Translations under genes and position numbers: made by a program
Notes under the pieces: generated by a model
Seen by the model: the letters and a program-made list of their open reading frames with translations, nothing else
Told to the model about the DNA's origin: nothing
Databases searched by the model: none
Part shown: piece after piece, positions 37,395 through 51,622 of the stretch
How the letters are laid out: every line of letters begins with the position of its first letter
Position numbering within the stretch: the first letter of the stretch is position 1
DNA from: Octopus vulgaris
Taxonomy: Eukaryota
Direction of reading: 5' to 3'
DNA: 64,000 nt
Assembly: GCA_951406725.2 (NCBI GenBank)
Contig: OX597819.1
Location: 85,250,001-85,314,000, forward strand

Positions 37395-38058
37395 GGTTAC
37401 ACATTATGGTATAGGGCCAGAAATTTCGGATTGAGTTTTGGAATGGATTACATCGATCCTAGTACTCGATGGGTACTTATTTTATCGACATTGGCAGGAT
37501 GAAAGATAAATCAACTGCGGTAGAATTTGAACTCAGAATGTAAAGACGGAATAAATGCCACTATATATTCTGCCGGGTATGCTAACAGTTCTGCCATCTT
37601 GCCACCTTACTAATAATAATCCTTTCTGCTAAAGACACAAGGTCTGAAATTTTGGGAGAAGGGACTAGTCGTTTACATCGACCCCAAGTGTTTCACTGGT
37701 ACTTAATTTATCGATTTAGAAAGGAATGAAAGGTAAAGTCTACTTCGGCGGAATTTGAACTCAGATTATAAAGACGGACGAAATGCCGCAAAGCATTTCA
37801 TGATAACGATTCTGCCAGTTTACCATCTTACTGATAATTATAGCATTGGTTTCAAATGTTGGCATAAGGCCAGCAATTTCGAGTGATGGGGTGAGTCGGT
37901 TACGTCGATCCCACTACTCAATTGGTACTTATTTTATCGACTGCGACAAGATGAAAGGCTAAGTCGATCTCAGCGGAATATGAACTCAGAACGTGTAGAC
38001 GGACAAATGCCGTTAAGTATTTGGCCGGCGTGCAAACAATTCTGCCAGCTCGTCGCAT
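37395..38058 (-). mobile_element. Three tandem Nin-type SINE copies
   Basis: Three successive inverted copies at about 37395-37608, 37620-37830 and 37846-38058 of the SINE at 31766. Confidence 0.85.
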
Positions 38059-39009
38059 TACTACTATAGACACAAAGCCTATACAAACATACATACATAC
38101 ATACATACATACATACATACATACATACATACATACATACATACATACAAACATACATAATACATACATACATACATATCTATCTATTGTACATATGTAT
38201 ATGCACAGTTACATACAAGCACATAGACACGCAGACGTTTGTATGTGTGTGCATAAGCCACTTGGTGGTAAATGAGCTTCTCAACGATAGAGCCATGCCG
38301 AGAAAGAAATGTAAAATATTGTCAAAAGCTTACAAGAAAAGATAAAATGGTAAAATGAATATCCATTCCTGAGGGGGATAACTGCGCGACTCCACATTGA
38401 AGTCAAATTAAATAAAAATATTCAGATACTAGGTTAGATTACAGCGTTTCACCCTGATATATGCTGTAACATACAGGAAATGCATTGTGTGTTAAAAGTA
38501 AAAAGGGAATATTACTTGCTAGATACACTGGAATGAAAATAAGGAGTTCATGAAATTTCAACATGGTGAAATATTGGATGCAAAACAACAGGTTGTGTAG
38601 TCATGTTATTCATATCCTCATGTAACAGGTGACACTTTTTGTCACCAGTATTATTTAAACCAATCGACCAATTGTCTTTCAACCATTTTGAATATGTAAG
38701 TGGAAATTCAAAAGCAAGCTACTCTTAAGTCATTTACTCAGCATTCAGTAAATCTAGCAGTTAATTTTTTTCAGTGAAACACCTTACAAAGCAAAATCAG
38801 CAATTCTCTTCTCACACTTCCAGCTGCTTAAAGTCACAAGATATTTAAAACTGAACGATAAATCATTTAGCAGACTATATTTCCACCAGCTTGAAAACGC
38901 ATACGTTATCTTCTTTTTCGATTTACTTCAGTTCCATTAATTCCTTGAACACATGTGACTCTCAAATGAAACGTTAACTGAAACACATTCATTAAATAAT
39001 ATTTTCTAC

Positions 39010-41081
39010 AACATTCAATTTGTTGTAAAAATGACACATCTTCCCACGTGTCGTGTAGAACGAGTCACTATAAGTAAGGTGATGTCGGCCGGTAACGAGA
39101 GGAGTAGAATGTGTTGATAGTCGTGTTTGCGCTGATATAGTAATTATACTCTGATACTGAGTGGACGTCATAATGATCCAACCTTCTGAGGATAATAACA
39201 CTGTATAACTAGGGGTTGCACTGTGTCAGATACAAACATCCACCGACGACTTCGGAATATAACAATATCTGACAGAGCGTACAAAGACAGATACTACAGT
39301 GGCAAAAGACTGCTTTATAATTGTGGCGACGAGAATAAACCAATTCACGTGGAGTTAATAGACGCTCGAAGAGGATTTAAGCAATTCACGAGAAATTGAT
39401 AAACTCGACGAGGATTAACCGATACACTTGTAGTTAATAGAAACTTGTAGAGGAGTTAACAAACATTCACTTAATTTATTTGGCATACAGAGGATAGAAC
39501 AATATAATTTATGGGATATACCCATAAGTGTTTTGTGTAGGCATATAGTCGTCTCAGTCGAAGGTCCAAATGAGGCCGAAAGACTGAAGTAAAAAATTGC
39601 AGTAAAATACGAAATACCTGTATGTAGGCCAAAAAGAAATGTACGTTTGCAGTAATAGACCAGGTTAACAAAGAACTGGAAAGTCTTGGCATAATCGAAA
39701 AGAATGACCACTCAGATTGGGCAACACCGACGGTTTACGTGAAAAAGAAGAATGACAAACAAAGAGTTCGTACAGATTTTCTAACATGGGTGAACGATTT
39801 GTTATCCGCACATGCACACATTTGTTGATGATTAACGCACATCATGGCTTATAGTAGATTTAAGCGACTTCTCTTTGCTGTGGAGGCAAAGTGTGAATTC
39901 TTGCCGCAAAAACAAAAAACAAACAAAAACAAAACAAAACAAAACAAAACCACCAATCCTGAGGACAAGTAATTGATGACAATGTAATGTAATTTGTGTC
40001 TAGCGAATTTAAAATAATTTTGTGAAATGTTCGCGATAGAACCACCTCAGAAATGTTCGCCATACCATCTCAGATCTAATGGAAGGCAGAACGCTTTGTT
40101 GATATCTTCAAAAGAGCTTTAAGAAAAGCAAATAAGGAGAGCACGGATGAGGTAGCTCTACAACGATTTTTAAGAGTGTACCGTGTAACACCAAATTCGA
40201 TTACATCAACAGGTAGCTCACCAGTGGAACTAATGTTTACAAGGAAAGTAGAGTCAGTTTTTGATAAATTGCTACCTGGCAAGAAAAGAAAAAGTGATTG
40301 GGAAGATATAGCAAGATTTTTTAAAGTTGGTGATAAGGTGTATATGAGGACATACAAAAATGGAAAGCAGAAATGAGAAGAGGGCGAAATTACCAAATAC
40401 ATACGTAAAATGATGTATTGGGTAAAAAGTAGAAAAAGGCATACAAAAGAGACACAGGAACCAACTGAAAAAGAGATTCGTGGAAAGCGAACCAAAGAAG
40501 TTGGAGGAACCCATGGAATGGATGCACGATACGTTCCAAGTACCAACGCCAGTGCAGGTGATTGAACCCAGGCGCACAAGTGAGAGGAAAAGAAAAAGTC
40601 AGAATTCCTGAAAATAGATGTCAAGAGAAAAAATATTAAATCGTTCGAAAAACAAAAATTCAAAAATGGGAAGTAGGGTGAATAAAAATAGTATTGCTAA
40701 ATAAAATGACACTTCCTAAGAAAATCTTAAAAGGGAAGATGTAGGGAATTAGTAATAATGGTACACTCCTGCCACGTGATGAGTGGAATGGCCCAGTCAC
40801 TATAAGTAAGGTGACGTCGGCCGGTATCGAGAGAATACGTAGAGTACGTGTAGACTGTATTGATAGTCGTGTCTGTGCTGATATAGTAATTATACTGTGA
40901 TACTGAGCAGTCGTTATAATGATCCAGTCTTTTGAGGATAATAACACTGTACGACTGGGGGGGGGGTCGTACCATGCTAGTTCGAAACATCCTATCGACA
41001 ACTTCGGAATATAACAATATCTGTCAGAGTAACAACAGTCGTACAGAGACAGATACAAAAGTGGCAAAAGACTGCTTTATA
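39010..41081 (+). mobile_element. Internally deleted Ty3/gypsy LTR retrotransposon
   Basis: Diverged LTRs at about 39010-39319 and 40740-41081; PBS-like TGGCGACGAG at 39324; PPT AAAAGGGAAGA before TG at 40740; RT-adjacent SDWATPTVYVKKKNDK and integrase SNGRAERFV-like..IFKRALRK..FLRVYRVTP remnants. Confidence 0.88.
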
Positions 41082-41699
41082 TACGTATGGACTCTTTTGA
41101 CTACATATGTCTATCTAAACTTTTATTAATGTTGTATATTGAAAGTTGCCTAAAGGCAACTTATTGTCAGATTTTTATTTTTATTTTTTACTCTCTACAT
41201 TTTAAAATTTCTAGCTTGTTTTCACTACTATTCTAAAAACATTTGCTGTTTAGTACTTTAATGTCTAGTGCTACTATAGACTAGAAAACTGATTTTGTAT
41301 GGCAAATGGAAAATAACGGAATAAATATTGTTGGCGTCTTTGTGATCATTTATCTTCCACATTGATAACCTCCGATTTTCGAACAAACCATCTTCTTTGT
41401 TGAACTATCATGTTTCTGATTTAACAGCCAAGTTTCTGATGTAGAGATAATGTTTTTCCAATGTAACATTACAATATATCTATAAATTCAAAATTTGGTG
41501 ACTGTTGTATCGACCTCGTTGGAACAAGGGAAACATACTCTGCAATATATAGAGGCGACAACTCTTCCTGGCCGTTTCGACTCGTCACTTATTTTAGTTG
41601 ACATATTACATCAACTAAGACCATTAATGAAATATCATTTAAACATAATGTGTTGCAGAAATTATTCATACATTTCTGAAAAGACGGCTTTTCAGATGG

Positions 41700-43700
41700 G
41701 CATTCGTCGTTGCTGAGTTGCCTAGCCCTATCCTTATCATTGTAGCTAACTTCCTCCAACAGCTTGTTCAGTTAGTAGATACTAAATATCATCAGTTTAT
41801 CGACTCCACAATGAAGCTGACTGTACAAGGAAGTGTTACCATTAATATGACTTCAGTCATCCCAGTTTTAATAGTAGCAACTTCAACAAGATATCAAGAT
41901 ATATATTTCTTTACTGCCCACAAGAGGCTAAACCTAGAGCGGACAAACAAGGACAAACGGATAAAGTCGATTACATCGATCCCAGTGCGAAACTGGTACT
42001 TTATTTATCGACCCCGAAAGGATGAAAGGTAAAGTCGACCTCGGCGGAATTTGAACTCAGACCGTAACGACAGACGAAATACAGCTACGCATTTCGCCCG
42101 GCGTGCTAACGTTTCTGCCAGCTAGCAGACTTCATTCGTAACCAGACATCACACACCCAGAGTACAGCTAACGTGAACTAGCATTACAACCACCAACATC
42201 AAATTAACCCCAATGCCTCGATCCGGATCTGTTGAAGATTGCCAAATATGACTTCGCTCATTTCTTCAAATCCGGAATACTACGCCACTTCAAGAACAAT
42301 TGTCACAAATACATATCGCTACTATCATGTTAAACAGTCGTATGTCCAAATTTGGCCAAATGCATTTTTTCAATATTTATTTTTACTTGCAATAGCCGGT
42401 TGTTTTGGTCAAACTATCGTATTGCCGGCTGCTTCAGATGCCAAGATAAGAAAATTGTCACAGTGTAGTACAACGGTTTTGCTATGGAATGGTGAAACTA
42501 CTTTTTCTTTTTTCTGAAAAAGCTACGTTTTAGATTGATGACTCTTTTGTATAATAGCAACGATATGGTCTCTATAAAGACACCAAGCAATTGGTATCAT
42601 TGAAGTGACTGTCATGCACTCAATACCAGCACCATCCAAAATTTTTATCGGACCTTACTTGCAGAATATTATTCCTTTTTAAATACTGCACAAACAAAGC
42701 GCACACAGACCCACACAAAGGCTGGAGCTATTTCGTTATTTTCAAGGCGATAATCACGTTGGTGACTGTTAGACTCTGCAAGACGAATTTCAGAGATATG
42801 GTGATGACATCATCTGACGTTTTCTCTTCATATATAAATGCCTCAATGATTTGCTTATCGCGTGTTCAACATCAGTCAAACAGCAAGAAGGCTTTCACTT
42901 CCTCGTCTAGCAAATGATTATTTGGGGTATAGTCACGAGTTCCAGTAATTACTTGTTTGGTGCCTTATTTCTGTTTTTCCTCGTTCATATGGTCGACTAA
43001 GATGTAGTACCACTCGAAAAGAGATAAGTGACAGTTATCCGAGAATCTTCTTTAGCCACTCGCTGGAGCTGTTAAGGGAATTTCTTGATCTTACCAACTT
43101 CTTTTTATTCGTAGCTGCGGTGAAGTATTCACAGTGACTCACCGAATTGCCCAGGAATAGAAAGTGAAAGTAAGCCGAGACTAGAAGCTTACTATTATGG
43201 TTCACTTCAGAGTAGACGCAACACTATACTTGTTAGTGGATGAAACAAATGTTGTATAACATGAGGGTGGATTATAGTGGCTGGTAGACAAAGTAGCATA
43301 GTAACTTTTCTCCTTTCTGTTTTCGATCAATAGAAATCATATAAATCACTTTTTGAGGGTAATTGCAAGAAGCCTGTCTAGGTTTGAAGCATTTCTAACA
43401 CATGTTTGGTGTGGGGGACTTATTGTTGTCCTCTATATAAGTCTCCAAGATACTTTTGAGATGCAGAAAAGAAATCCCAATTATTTCACACTCGATTACA
43501 CTCTTGATATCAACCGTCTCAAACCACTCTATAAACATCTCAACATATCACTAGTAATCCAGTTTTACCCCCTACAATTTCTGCACTCGTATCTTATGCT
43601 ATAGTCAGCACACCAGTAATACCATCTTCTCCAGTAACAAGGAATACTAGGATAGGATGAGAGTTTCACTGCTCAATCTGTTTTGCGCATCAACATTTGA
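41700..43700 (-). pseudogene. Possible decayed intronless non-canonical poly(A)/terminal uridylyl transferase (Cid1/TUTase-like) gene with zinc-finger-like segments
   Basis: Minus-strand pieces in order: YECRNCRG*NWITSDMLRCL; QLQRVAKEDSRITVTYLFSSGTT; VTNVIIALKITK*LQPLCGSVCALFVQYLKRNNIL; QLLGVFIETISLLLYKRVINLKRSFFRKK; C*SCYY*NWDD*SHING. Weak, by-eye resemblance only. Confidence 0.3.
41905..42123 (-). mobile_element. Nin-type SINE, well preserved
   Basis: Inverse of the 31766-31998 SINE including its AAAGAAATA tail. Confidence 0.9.
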
Positions 43701-44297
43701 TTTTCGTTATCTTTTTTTTTTATATATAGTAATCCATGTCGATTGGGGTTTTCCCAGTAATATAGAAAGTAAGCTAATGGAGAAATTGAAGAGAATATTG
43801 TCATAGCTTATAAATTCATCTTTCATTAATCGAGAAGTTGATTTTTACAATTTCTCATTTCTGTACTGAAATTACCGAATCCACACGCCAGGTTAACAGC
43901 GTATGCTATCTCTTTATTTTGTTTGCTTCTTATCCATTACATCTTGCACGCAACAAGCAATACTCAAATGGATCATTAGTTTAAGAACAAACATTTAAAG
44001 TTATTTTCGAGAACATTAAGTTACAGAAATGTATGAATAATTTCTGCAACACATTATGTTTAAATGATATTTCATTAATGGTCTATATGAAAAATTGTCC
44101 AAAGGCAACTGACTTTCAATAAATGATTACTTTTGTATATATTAGCTGTCCATTTTAGTCTATATTCCAATACTTTTTTTTAAAAAACATATACTGTTTG
44201 GCTACTATCAATTGTTGATTCATCGAAGACTGGAAGAAATCTAATTCTGTGATCACATCTGACAAACTGGCAACTAAAGGCATGCACGCACGCGCGC

Positions 44298-44378
<81 letters not shown>

Positions 44379-44806
44379 CAAACACTCACATACACACATA
44401 TACGCACACACGAATATATAACTGTATTGCTGTTATCTTCACGGATCCACTCAAAGCACTGAAAACTATAACTATTCCAATAAAGATATCACGAAGAAAA
44501 TGTTATATGATGATATTTATATATTTTGATACATGGTATTCTATAGACTATTGTTGAAATGCATATGTTTTAAACAATAACAGTATTTCACCATAAATGT
44601 GTAGTTAAATGTAATATGAAACTATTTCTGATATGTCATGAAATTTATGAAATAAATAAGAAATAATATATTATTGATTATTTGTAATATAGAAGTTGAC
44701 AAGGAGGTGGAGAATATTAACTCAAATGCTGAGGCCTAAAGAAAAGTGATATCAAATACATACATAAGTATATACATGCACACATGCAGGCATATATGTA
44801 TGTATG

Positions 44807-44840
<34 letters not shown>

Positions 44841-45044
44841 TGTATGTATGTACGAATGGGTGTTTGTATGCATGGGTATCTAAAACATTCGTTAAAGCTA
44901 ATGATTAACTCTGCTCAGACATTCTCGGTATAAGCGACCCGGACATGCATACACACACATACTCACACGGACTATAACGGACTTGTCCCACAAGCAACGT
45001 TTCCGGTTACTTTTGGGTACCCCCTCGTACATGAAATGAAATTT

Positions 45045-45250
45045 GTAAATTTCTAACATTGGCACATATTTGCTCATTTCGAGGGGCTTATAGTGTATTA
45101 AATTGACCCCAGCACTTTACTGGTGCTTATTTGATTGATCCTGTAACAATGAAAGGCAAAGTTAGCTACCATCAAGGTTTGAACACGGAATGTAATCTTA
45201 ATAACGAATGATATATTATCTACTGTTCTACCGATCCAGCCAACCGTTTA
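45045..45250 (-). mobile_element. Degenerate Nin-type SINE
   Basis: TTGACCCCAG..CTGGTGCTTAT..GAAAGGCAAAG..TTTGAAC motifs. Confidence 0.6.
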
Positions 45251-45961
45251 TACTTAAATCTATGTTTCTATAAATATAATTCTTTTTTGCCTTTTGCTTG
45301 AGCTTAAAGATAGCTTGTAACACTTGATCAATCACATATATTTTGTTTAAGTAGTACATAGCGATATGTCAATATTTACTTGAGATAAAAATATTTCTTT
45401 TTGCGAAGTAGACACTTCTATCTTGAAATGATTTTATGTTTCCTGGTATTCTTGCATAGAAGGAAACTATGAATAGCATTAATATTGAGCTCCAAGAATT
45501 ATTGTGTTATTTGATACACCACACTTAACCAAATAGTAGAAATCATCTTTACCTTCTTCCGAGCTGGAACTTTCGCTTTATTACGCTGTAAATTCATAAG
45601 CGATACTAAAAACTGTATTTGCTATAGAACTGATGTGTCCTACTTATTCTGTAGTTATCTGATGTATTTTGAATATTCTCTACCAATGAGGCAATTGTAG
45701 TATCAATATATTCATCTTGTAAATATTTCTACTGGAGTAAAATGGTAATGATTAAAGGCATAAAGGAAAACGGGTGTTGTACTCTTACATAGAGCAAACA
45801 TACCACCATCTCCATACACTCCCACATAAACATGCATTTTTAATGTAAATAATATATACATATATTGTTATATTTGCAGGAGTAATTCTGCCAATACAAA
45901 ACGCACAGTGATCGTAGTTAGATTTTTAAAAATAATTGATTGATTTGTGAAAATCTACTGC

Positions 45962-46117
45962 GAAATGTGTGTGTATATGGTCATGTGTTTCAGTCTTCAT
46001 TTAGGTATGTGTGTGTATATGTGCTTGTCTGTTCATATTACCTATGTACCTATCCGTATGTATGTCTATCTGTTTACTTTCATATACATTTGCCTACATA
46101 CATGTGCATATACATAC

Positions 46118-46169
<52 letters not shown>

Positions 46170-46997
46170 CCGCTCGCCACATACATACATTTACAGCCCG
46201 CTAAGTGTTATACCTGTGTATAAACACCAGAGAAGTCCACAACTCTTCTACTTTACAGTTGGTATGTAGACGATATTAATATCCAAGTTAAGACCAACTA
46301 TAGTAACGGTAATGTAGAAACTGAGAGGAATTGTGTCACATAACAGGAAAATTAACATACTGTTAGCAGACTTACTTAGGATAATGAACAACGTGCCCCC
46401 AATATGCAAACCCTATGAAACGAAGAAACATGTACAGAACTTAATGCACCACATGCAATTCTCTGGATATGATCAGAAAGATAGGGTTCGGGGTGCTAGA
46501 AAGAAGTTAGATAACATTATATATAATGAAACCAGTGGTACCAGCCCTAGATAAGAAACAAAGACTGGAATAGAATACAAAGAGCTTGTAACATTGTAAC
46601 AAAGGAAACAGGGTGAATACGTGGTATAAAACCGACAAATATTAAGGAGTGATGTTTGTAGAGGCCACAACCCATAGAGAACTAGCCCGTAGATTTAGGA
46701 AAGCTCTGAAGGAGACCAAACGCAAAAGATTGTTGAAAAGCCAGTGGACCCCATCAGATCACAACTATGTAGGACGTACCCCTTTGAGAATACCATATGC
46801 ACCAATGATAACTGCATGGTATATAGGGTTAGCCCTGGCATTAACTGTAGAACTAGAAATGTAGTCTACGGCATAAGATGCATAGAAGGTGTTTGTAAAG
46901 ACAAATATACGTAGTAGATAATCATACCCCCATACCCTCCGTTTATATTTATATACAGGTAGAATAGTTAGTAGGCTGTTATGTAGATGTATGTATA

Positions 46998-47076
<79 letters not shown>

Positions 47077-47218
47077 GTATGTAGGCAATGGATATGAAAG
47101 TAAACAGATAGGCATACACACGGATAGGTACACTGGTAATATGAACACACAAGCACACATACACTCACATACGCAAATGAAGACTGAAACACACGACCAT
47201 ATACACACACACGTAACT
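45962..47218 (+). mobile_element. PLE fragment flanked by ~260-bp inverted repeats
   Basis: RKINILLADLLRIMNN...MQFSGY and MFVEATTHRELARRFRKAL resemble a PLE thumb/linker; 45962-46226 is an inverted copy of about 46945-47218. Confidence 0.6.
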
Positions 47219-47641
47219 TCACACAAGGACACATATGATAGACACACACACATCAACACATAAGGAGAAACACATCCATACATACTGACACAGTACATAA
47301 TCACACACAGGCACCCTCAAACATGCACACACAAGGAGACAGGGGTACACACACGCACACTTGCAAACACACACGCACACACATAAAAACACACAAACAC
47401 ACAGATATGCGAATATGCAGAATACATACATACAAACGTACACACATAGATATATCATTACGCACTCACACACATACATGCATACACTCACATGCATGCA
47501 TGCATGCATACATACATGCATACATGTTTGTCTGCACACACACACTAACCCACATACATGCGCACAAACAAACAAAAAGAATTCAGCTTGGATAACGGAC
47601 AGAGTCAACAATTTTTTTTAAATTTGCAAGATGCAACGAAA

Positions 47642-47702
<61 letters not shown>

Positions 47703-47981
47703 GTTCTTCTAGAAGAACAGAATGGAATAAGCAGAATAAGAGCACACACGAAGCCAGAAAGTGTCGCTGAGGAGGTCATAGATGTATGAGGAGAGATTTC
47801 CGGGCAATGCACATGAGTTAGAATAAGGACAGTAATAAACGAGTGAAGAACAAATATATAGTATGTGTTTTTATTTGGCAAAAATTAAAAAAGAAAAAAC
47901 CATCCCAAAATACAACAATATCTGTTTCAACACACGATTTCACATCAAGTATCTTGTAACACAAATTCATATATGTATATA

Positions 47982-50196
47982 CAGAAGTGGGCACCGTTAA
48001 TCGAAAAGTTAACTTCTTTAATCGCTAATCCGTTAACCAAAAAAGTTAGCTTCATTAATCGTTAATCTGTTAATTCTTTGAAAATGTAACGGAAGTTCAC
48101 CTTAATCCGTTAACGTTAACTTTTATTGAAAAAATGCATAACTACAGTTTAATACCCCACCGATTTTGTTGCCTTATGATTTCCAGAAGAATGGATACTT
48201 TTTAACGAAACTTTCACCAAATAATCGCTTATATTCTGTAAATTGAACGTATGTTAATGATTTATTGAAAACAATATTCAGAGCGGTTGAGAAGAGGAAT
48301 TTTGGGAAATTCACAGGAGGACCCAACATTTTCCCTCTCATAACTTTCTAGAATATAGGTATTTTTTAAAAATGAAATTTTATACAAATACCTTTCAAAT
48401 GGTGTAGATTACGATTACAAAGAAATTTGTAAACAAAATTTTTGGAAGGGGGAGGACGGGGTGGGGTGAATTTCTGGAAAACGGATTTTCGGATCAGACG
48501 ACCCACATAAGTTGGAATTTATCCGTTTTGATGGGGATTTTCTCCCAATGGTTTTCACCAAAGTCTTCAGAATGATGGGAGGCATCATTCCAGGAAAAAA
48601 GGAAAAAATTTTGAAAATTTATTTTTTCACTCCCTCCACCCCCTTAGCACCCCAGTCCGAAAGGATTTTGGCCATATTACATTTTTTTCACTACGCACTT
48701 AAAACCCGTAAGAGAAACATTTTCGGTTTAAAAAAAATTGTTAATAATTTCAGATGAAAATGTGTGATTTAAGGAAGATCTGGCTGTTGTTTCTAGCACA
48801 TCCTCAAACGTTTCTTTCATCCCTCCTTGTTTCTTTCTCACTCAATATTTTTCTCTCCATAAGCAAATTTTATGGAATGGTGATGTCAAAGTAACACACG
48901 TGTGGTCCCAACCGAGCAAGGCCGTGTTATGTGAATTTGTAAGAAAAGAAAAACACCCCCAAAAATCTTTAGTGTTCATATTAATCTGTCAAATGTAATG
49001 CTTATTTGCTCACATCATTTTGAATTATTCAGGTTCAAAAGAGGTGTTCACAATATTTGCTTATAACTTTGTAAATCTTTTACATATAGATTTGAAATTT
49101 TGTCAGTGGGTGTTTTATATACCACTGGTTTATAGTTATGTGATTTTAGCTGATCTTGCTGAGTAAATTTGACTTTCATGGGCAGTTAAATTTAATTAAC
49201 AGGTGTATAAACAATAATATTATGGATAAACACTAAAATTAAAATTCTTAAAGCATCTTACCTGTTTGATTTGTTATTAAAATTATCCCAGTTGGCAACC
49301 GACAAAAATTTTGCCACTTTCCAAGATGTGGTGCATTAACTGAACTAATTAAAATACAGGTATAATCAGTACAAGATTTTTTCTTTCGGTAAATATTTCG
49401 TACCTCGGTGTGGAATAATTTTTTCCAGATTTTTTCGGGTGCATTCAACGTATCTGACCTCCAAACCCGCTGCAAGCCACTTTTTTCGGGAAAAGAAAGG
49501 TGGGAAGTGTGGTGGGAACCTCGAAGTTTCCCACCAAGGGAGTTTTTTTCTTTTCCAGGTTATTTAGCGTGCTTTCAACGAATGTGACATCGAAATCTCG
49601 CGTAAACTGCTCCTTTATCCAGAAAAGGAAAAGTTTAGCTGCTGTTTCTAGCATGCTGTTCTACCACGTAACAGTTATTTGCATTCACACCGAAATATCT
49701 GCGTTCGCACCGAAATATTTAGCAACTTTTTCCTTCCATTTATTTTTTTCCACTTTATGGAAGTCGATATTTTTTCTGTTGACATCCACCTCAACGAGAT
49801 CACGGATCAAGTGGAAACACAGTTCCCTCTTGTCAGGACAAAAAATTTTCCACTGTCCCTAGAAGCAACAAGCGAGTAGATTTAGTTTCAAATCCAGGTA
49901 GAGCCAAACGAGGTTCTACAAGTTATTTATAATAATAAGTTGCTTTATATCAGGGTTGAAAGATTGACGTGTACAATATTAAATATGGTAAGACAATCTG
50001 AAAACAATAGAAACTTAAATGTTTACCGGTTTTTATTAAATTTTGGAGTTAACGGACTTGAGTTAACGGAAGCTAAATGTAACGCAAGTTAATTAGTCTG
50101 ATAATGATTTTCAAAGTTAACTTAAATATTAAATCGTTAACGAAAATGTCAACTTCGTTAATTAACGATTACCATGTTAACGAACTTGCGCCCAGT

Positions 50197-50200
<4 letters not shown>
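47982..50200. mobile_element. Non-autonomous hAT-like DNA transposon with clustered GTTAAC subterminal motifs
   Basis: Imperfect TIR CAGAAGTGGGC / GCCCAGTTGTG; 8-bp flanks TGTATATA and TGTGTATA; many GTTAA(C/T) motifs within about 150 bp of each end. Confidence 0.65.
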
Positions 50201-50244
<44 letters not shown>

Positions 50245-50447
50245 CGTACGTATAGATATATTTCTATACACACACACGACATAATTCTTTTACTTAGTGT
50301 TTACCGAATCTACTCACAAGGCTTTGGCCGGCGTGGGGTTATAGAAAAATACACTTGCGGAAGGTGTACGCAGTGTAGCTAAACCCAAAAAGTATAAGTA
50401 TGTGGCTGAATGCAAATTTCTTATCACAAAGTATGTATGAGCGTCTA

Positions 50448-50562
<115 letters not shown>

Positions 50563-50563
50563 T

Positions 50564-50671
<108 letters not shown>

Positions 50672-50799
50672 GACGGGGTGCATATGCGTGTAAGTTGGTG
50701 TGCGGGTGAGAGCTCGTGGTAACAGCTCAATGGTGAGTATCTACGTTTTTGCTTGGGTGTATGTACATATGGATGCAGATGCGAATCAGCTGTGCGTGA

Positions 50800-51010
50800 A
50801 ACCAATAAGAGAAACTACTGAAGCAAGGAGATGGAGATGGCTGGGTCAAGTTTGTCGCTATAAACTGAACTCAATTGTAAGGATCGCTTTGTATAAGTAT
50901 GTGGCTGAATGCAAATTTCTTATCACAAAGTATGTATGAGCGTGTATATCTATCTACAGAGTTAAAGATGAAGTGGCCGACTAAAGGAAACGTGGCGGAA
51001 ACAGACGCTC
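50800..51010 (+). pseudogene. RTE-like LINE C-terminal fragment
   Basis: RRWRWLGQVCR..NSIVRIAL then GR..KETWRK, split by a 66-bp insertion. Confidence 0.55.
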
Positions 51011-51139
51011 AGCTCTCCGCGTGACCGATTCCTGATGTATTCTGCTTCTGTCTCTTTCCCTCTGTTCCACCAGATGCTCAGCCATTGCTTTATGAATCTC
51101 ATCGATCATTCTATTCGCATGCCTGTCCCGATCTTGGGA

Positions 51140-51622
51140 AAATATTCCGTAAATGACCTGTTCGTACTTCGGTGTAAAAGAATTTTTTCCAGAGGTTTTT
51201 TCGAGTGAATTCAACGTATCTGACCGCCAAACCCACCACAATCCGGAAAAGAAAGGGGAGAGGGTGGTGGGGATCTCGTTGTGTCCAGTGAAACTGAGTT
51301 TCCCACCAACGGAGTTTTGTTTCGTGGGCGTTTTTTCTTTTCCAGGTAAGTTCGCATACTTTCAACGAATGTGACATCGAAATCATGCGTAAACGGCTCC
51401 TTTCCCCAGAAAAGGTATGATTTGGCTGCTATTTCTTGCACGTTCTGCTACCACGTAATGGCTATTTCGGGTCCTTTATCGTTATCACAGTTACCTGGAA
51501 GCAAGGAATGCTAGAAATAGCAACCAAATTTTTGGAGGAGAAATACGTTGAATGCACTCGAAAAAACCTATGGAAAAAGAGGATTTTAAACCGAGGTTAC
51601 AAACAGGTTTTTACGAAATATA
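51140..51622. mobile_element. MITE-like element with ~80-bp inverted termini
   Basis: 51140-51222 is inverted relative to 51541-51622; a related copy lies at about 49380-49680. Confidence 0.6.

Noticed and set aside
45545-45740. Exon-like minus-strand segment with AG/GT-like borders
   Set aside because: In-frame stops and no recognisable protein.
47908-47955. Hammerhead-like remnant on the minus strand (ATAC-TTGATGT...GAAACAGATATTGTT-GTAT)
   Set aside because: Two core substitutions and no convincing stem II.
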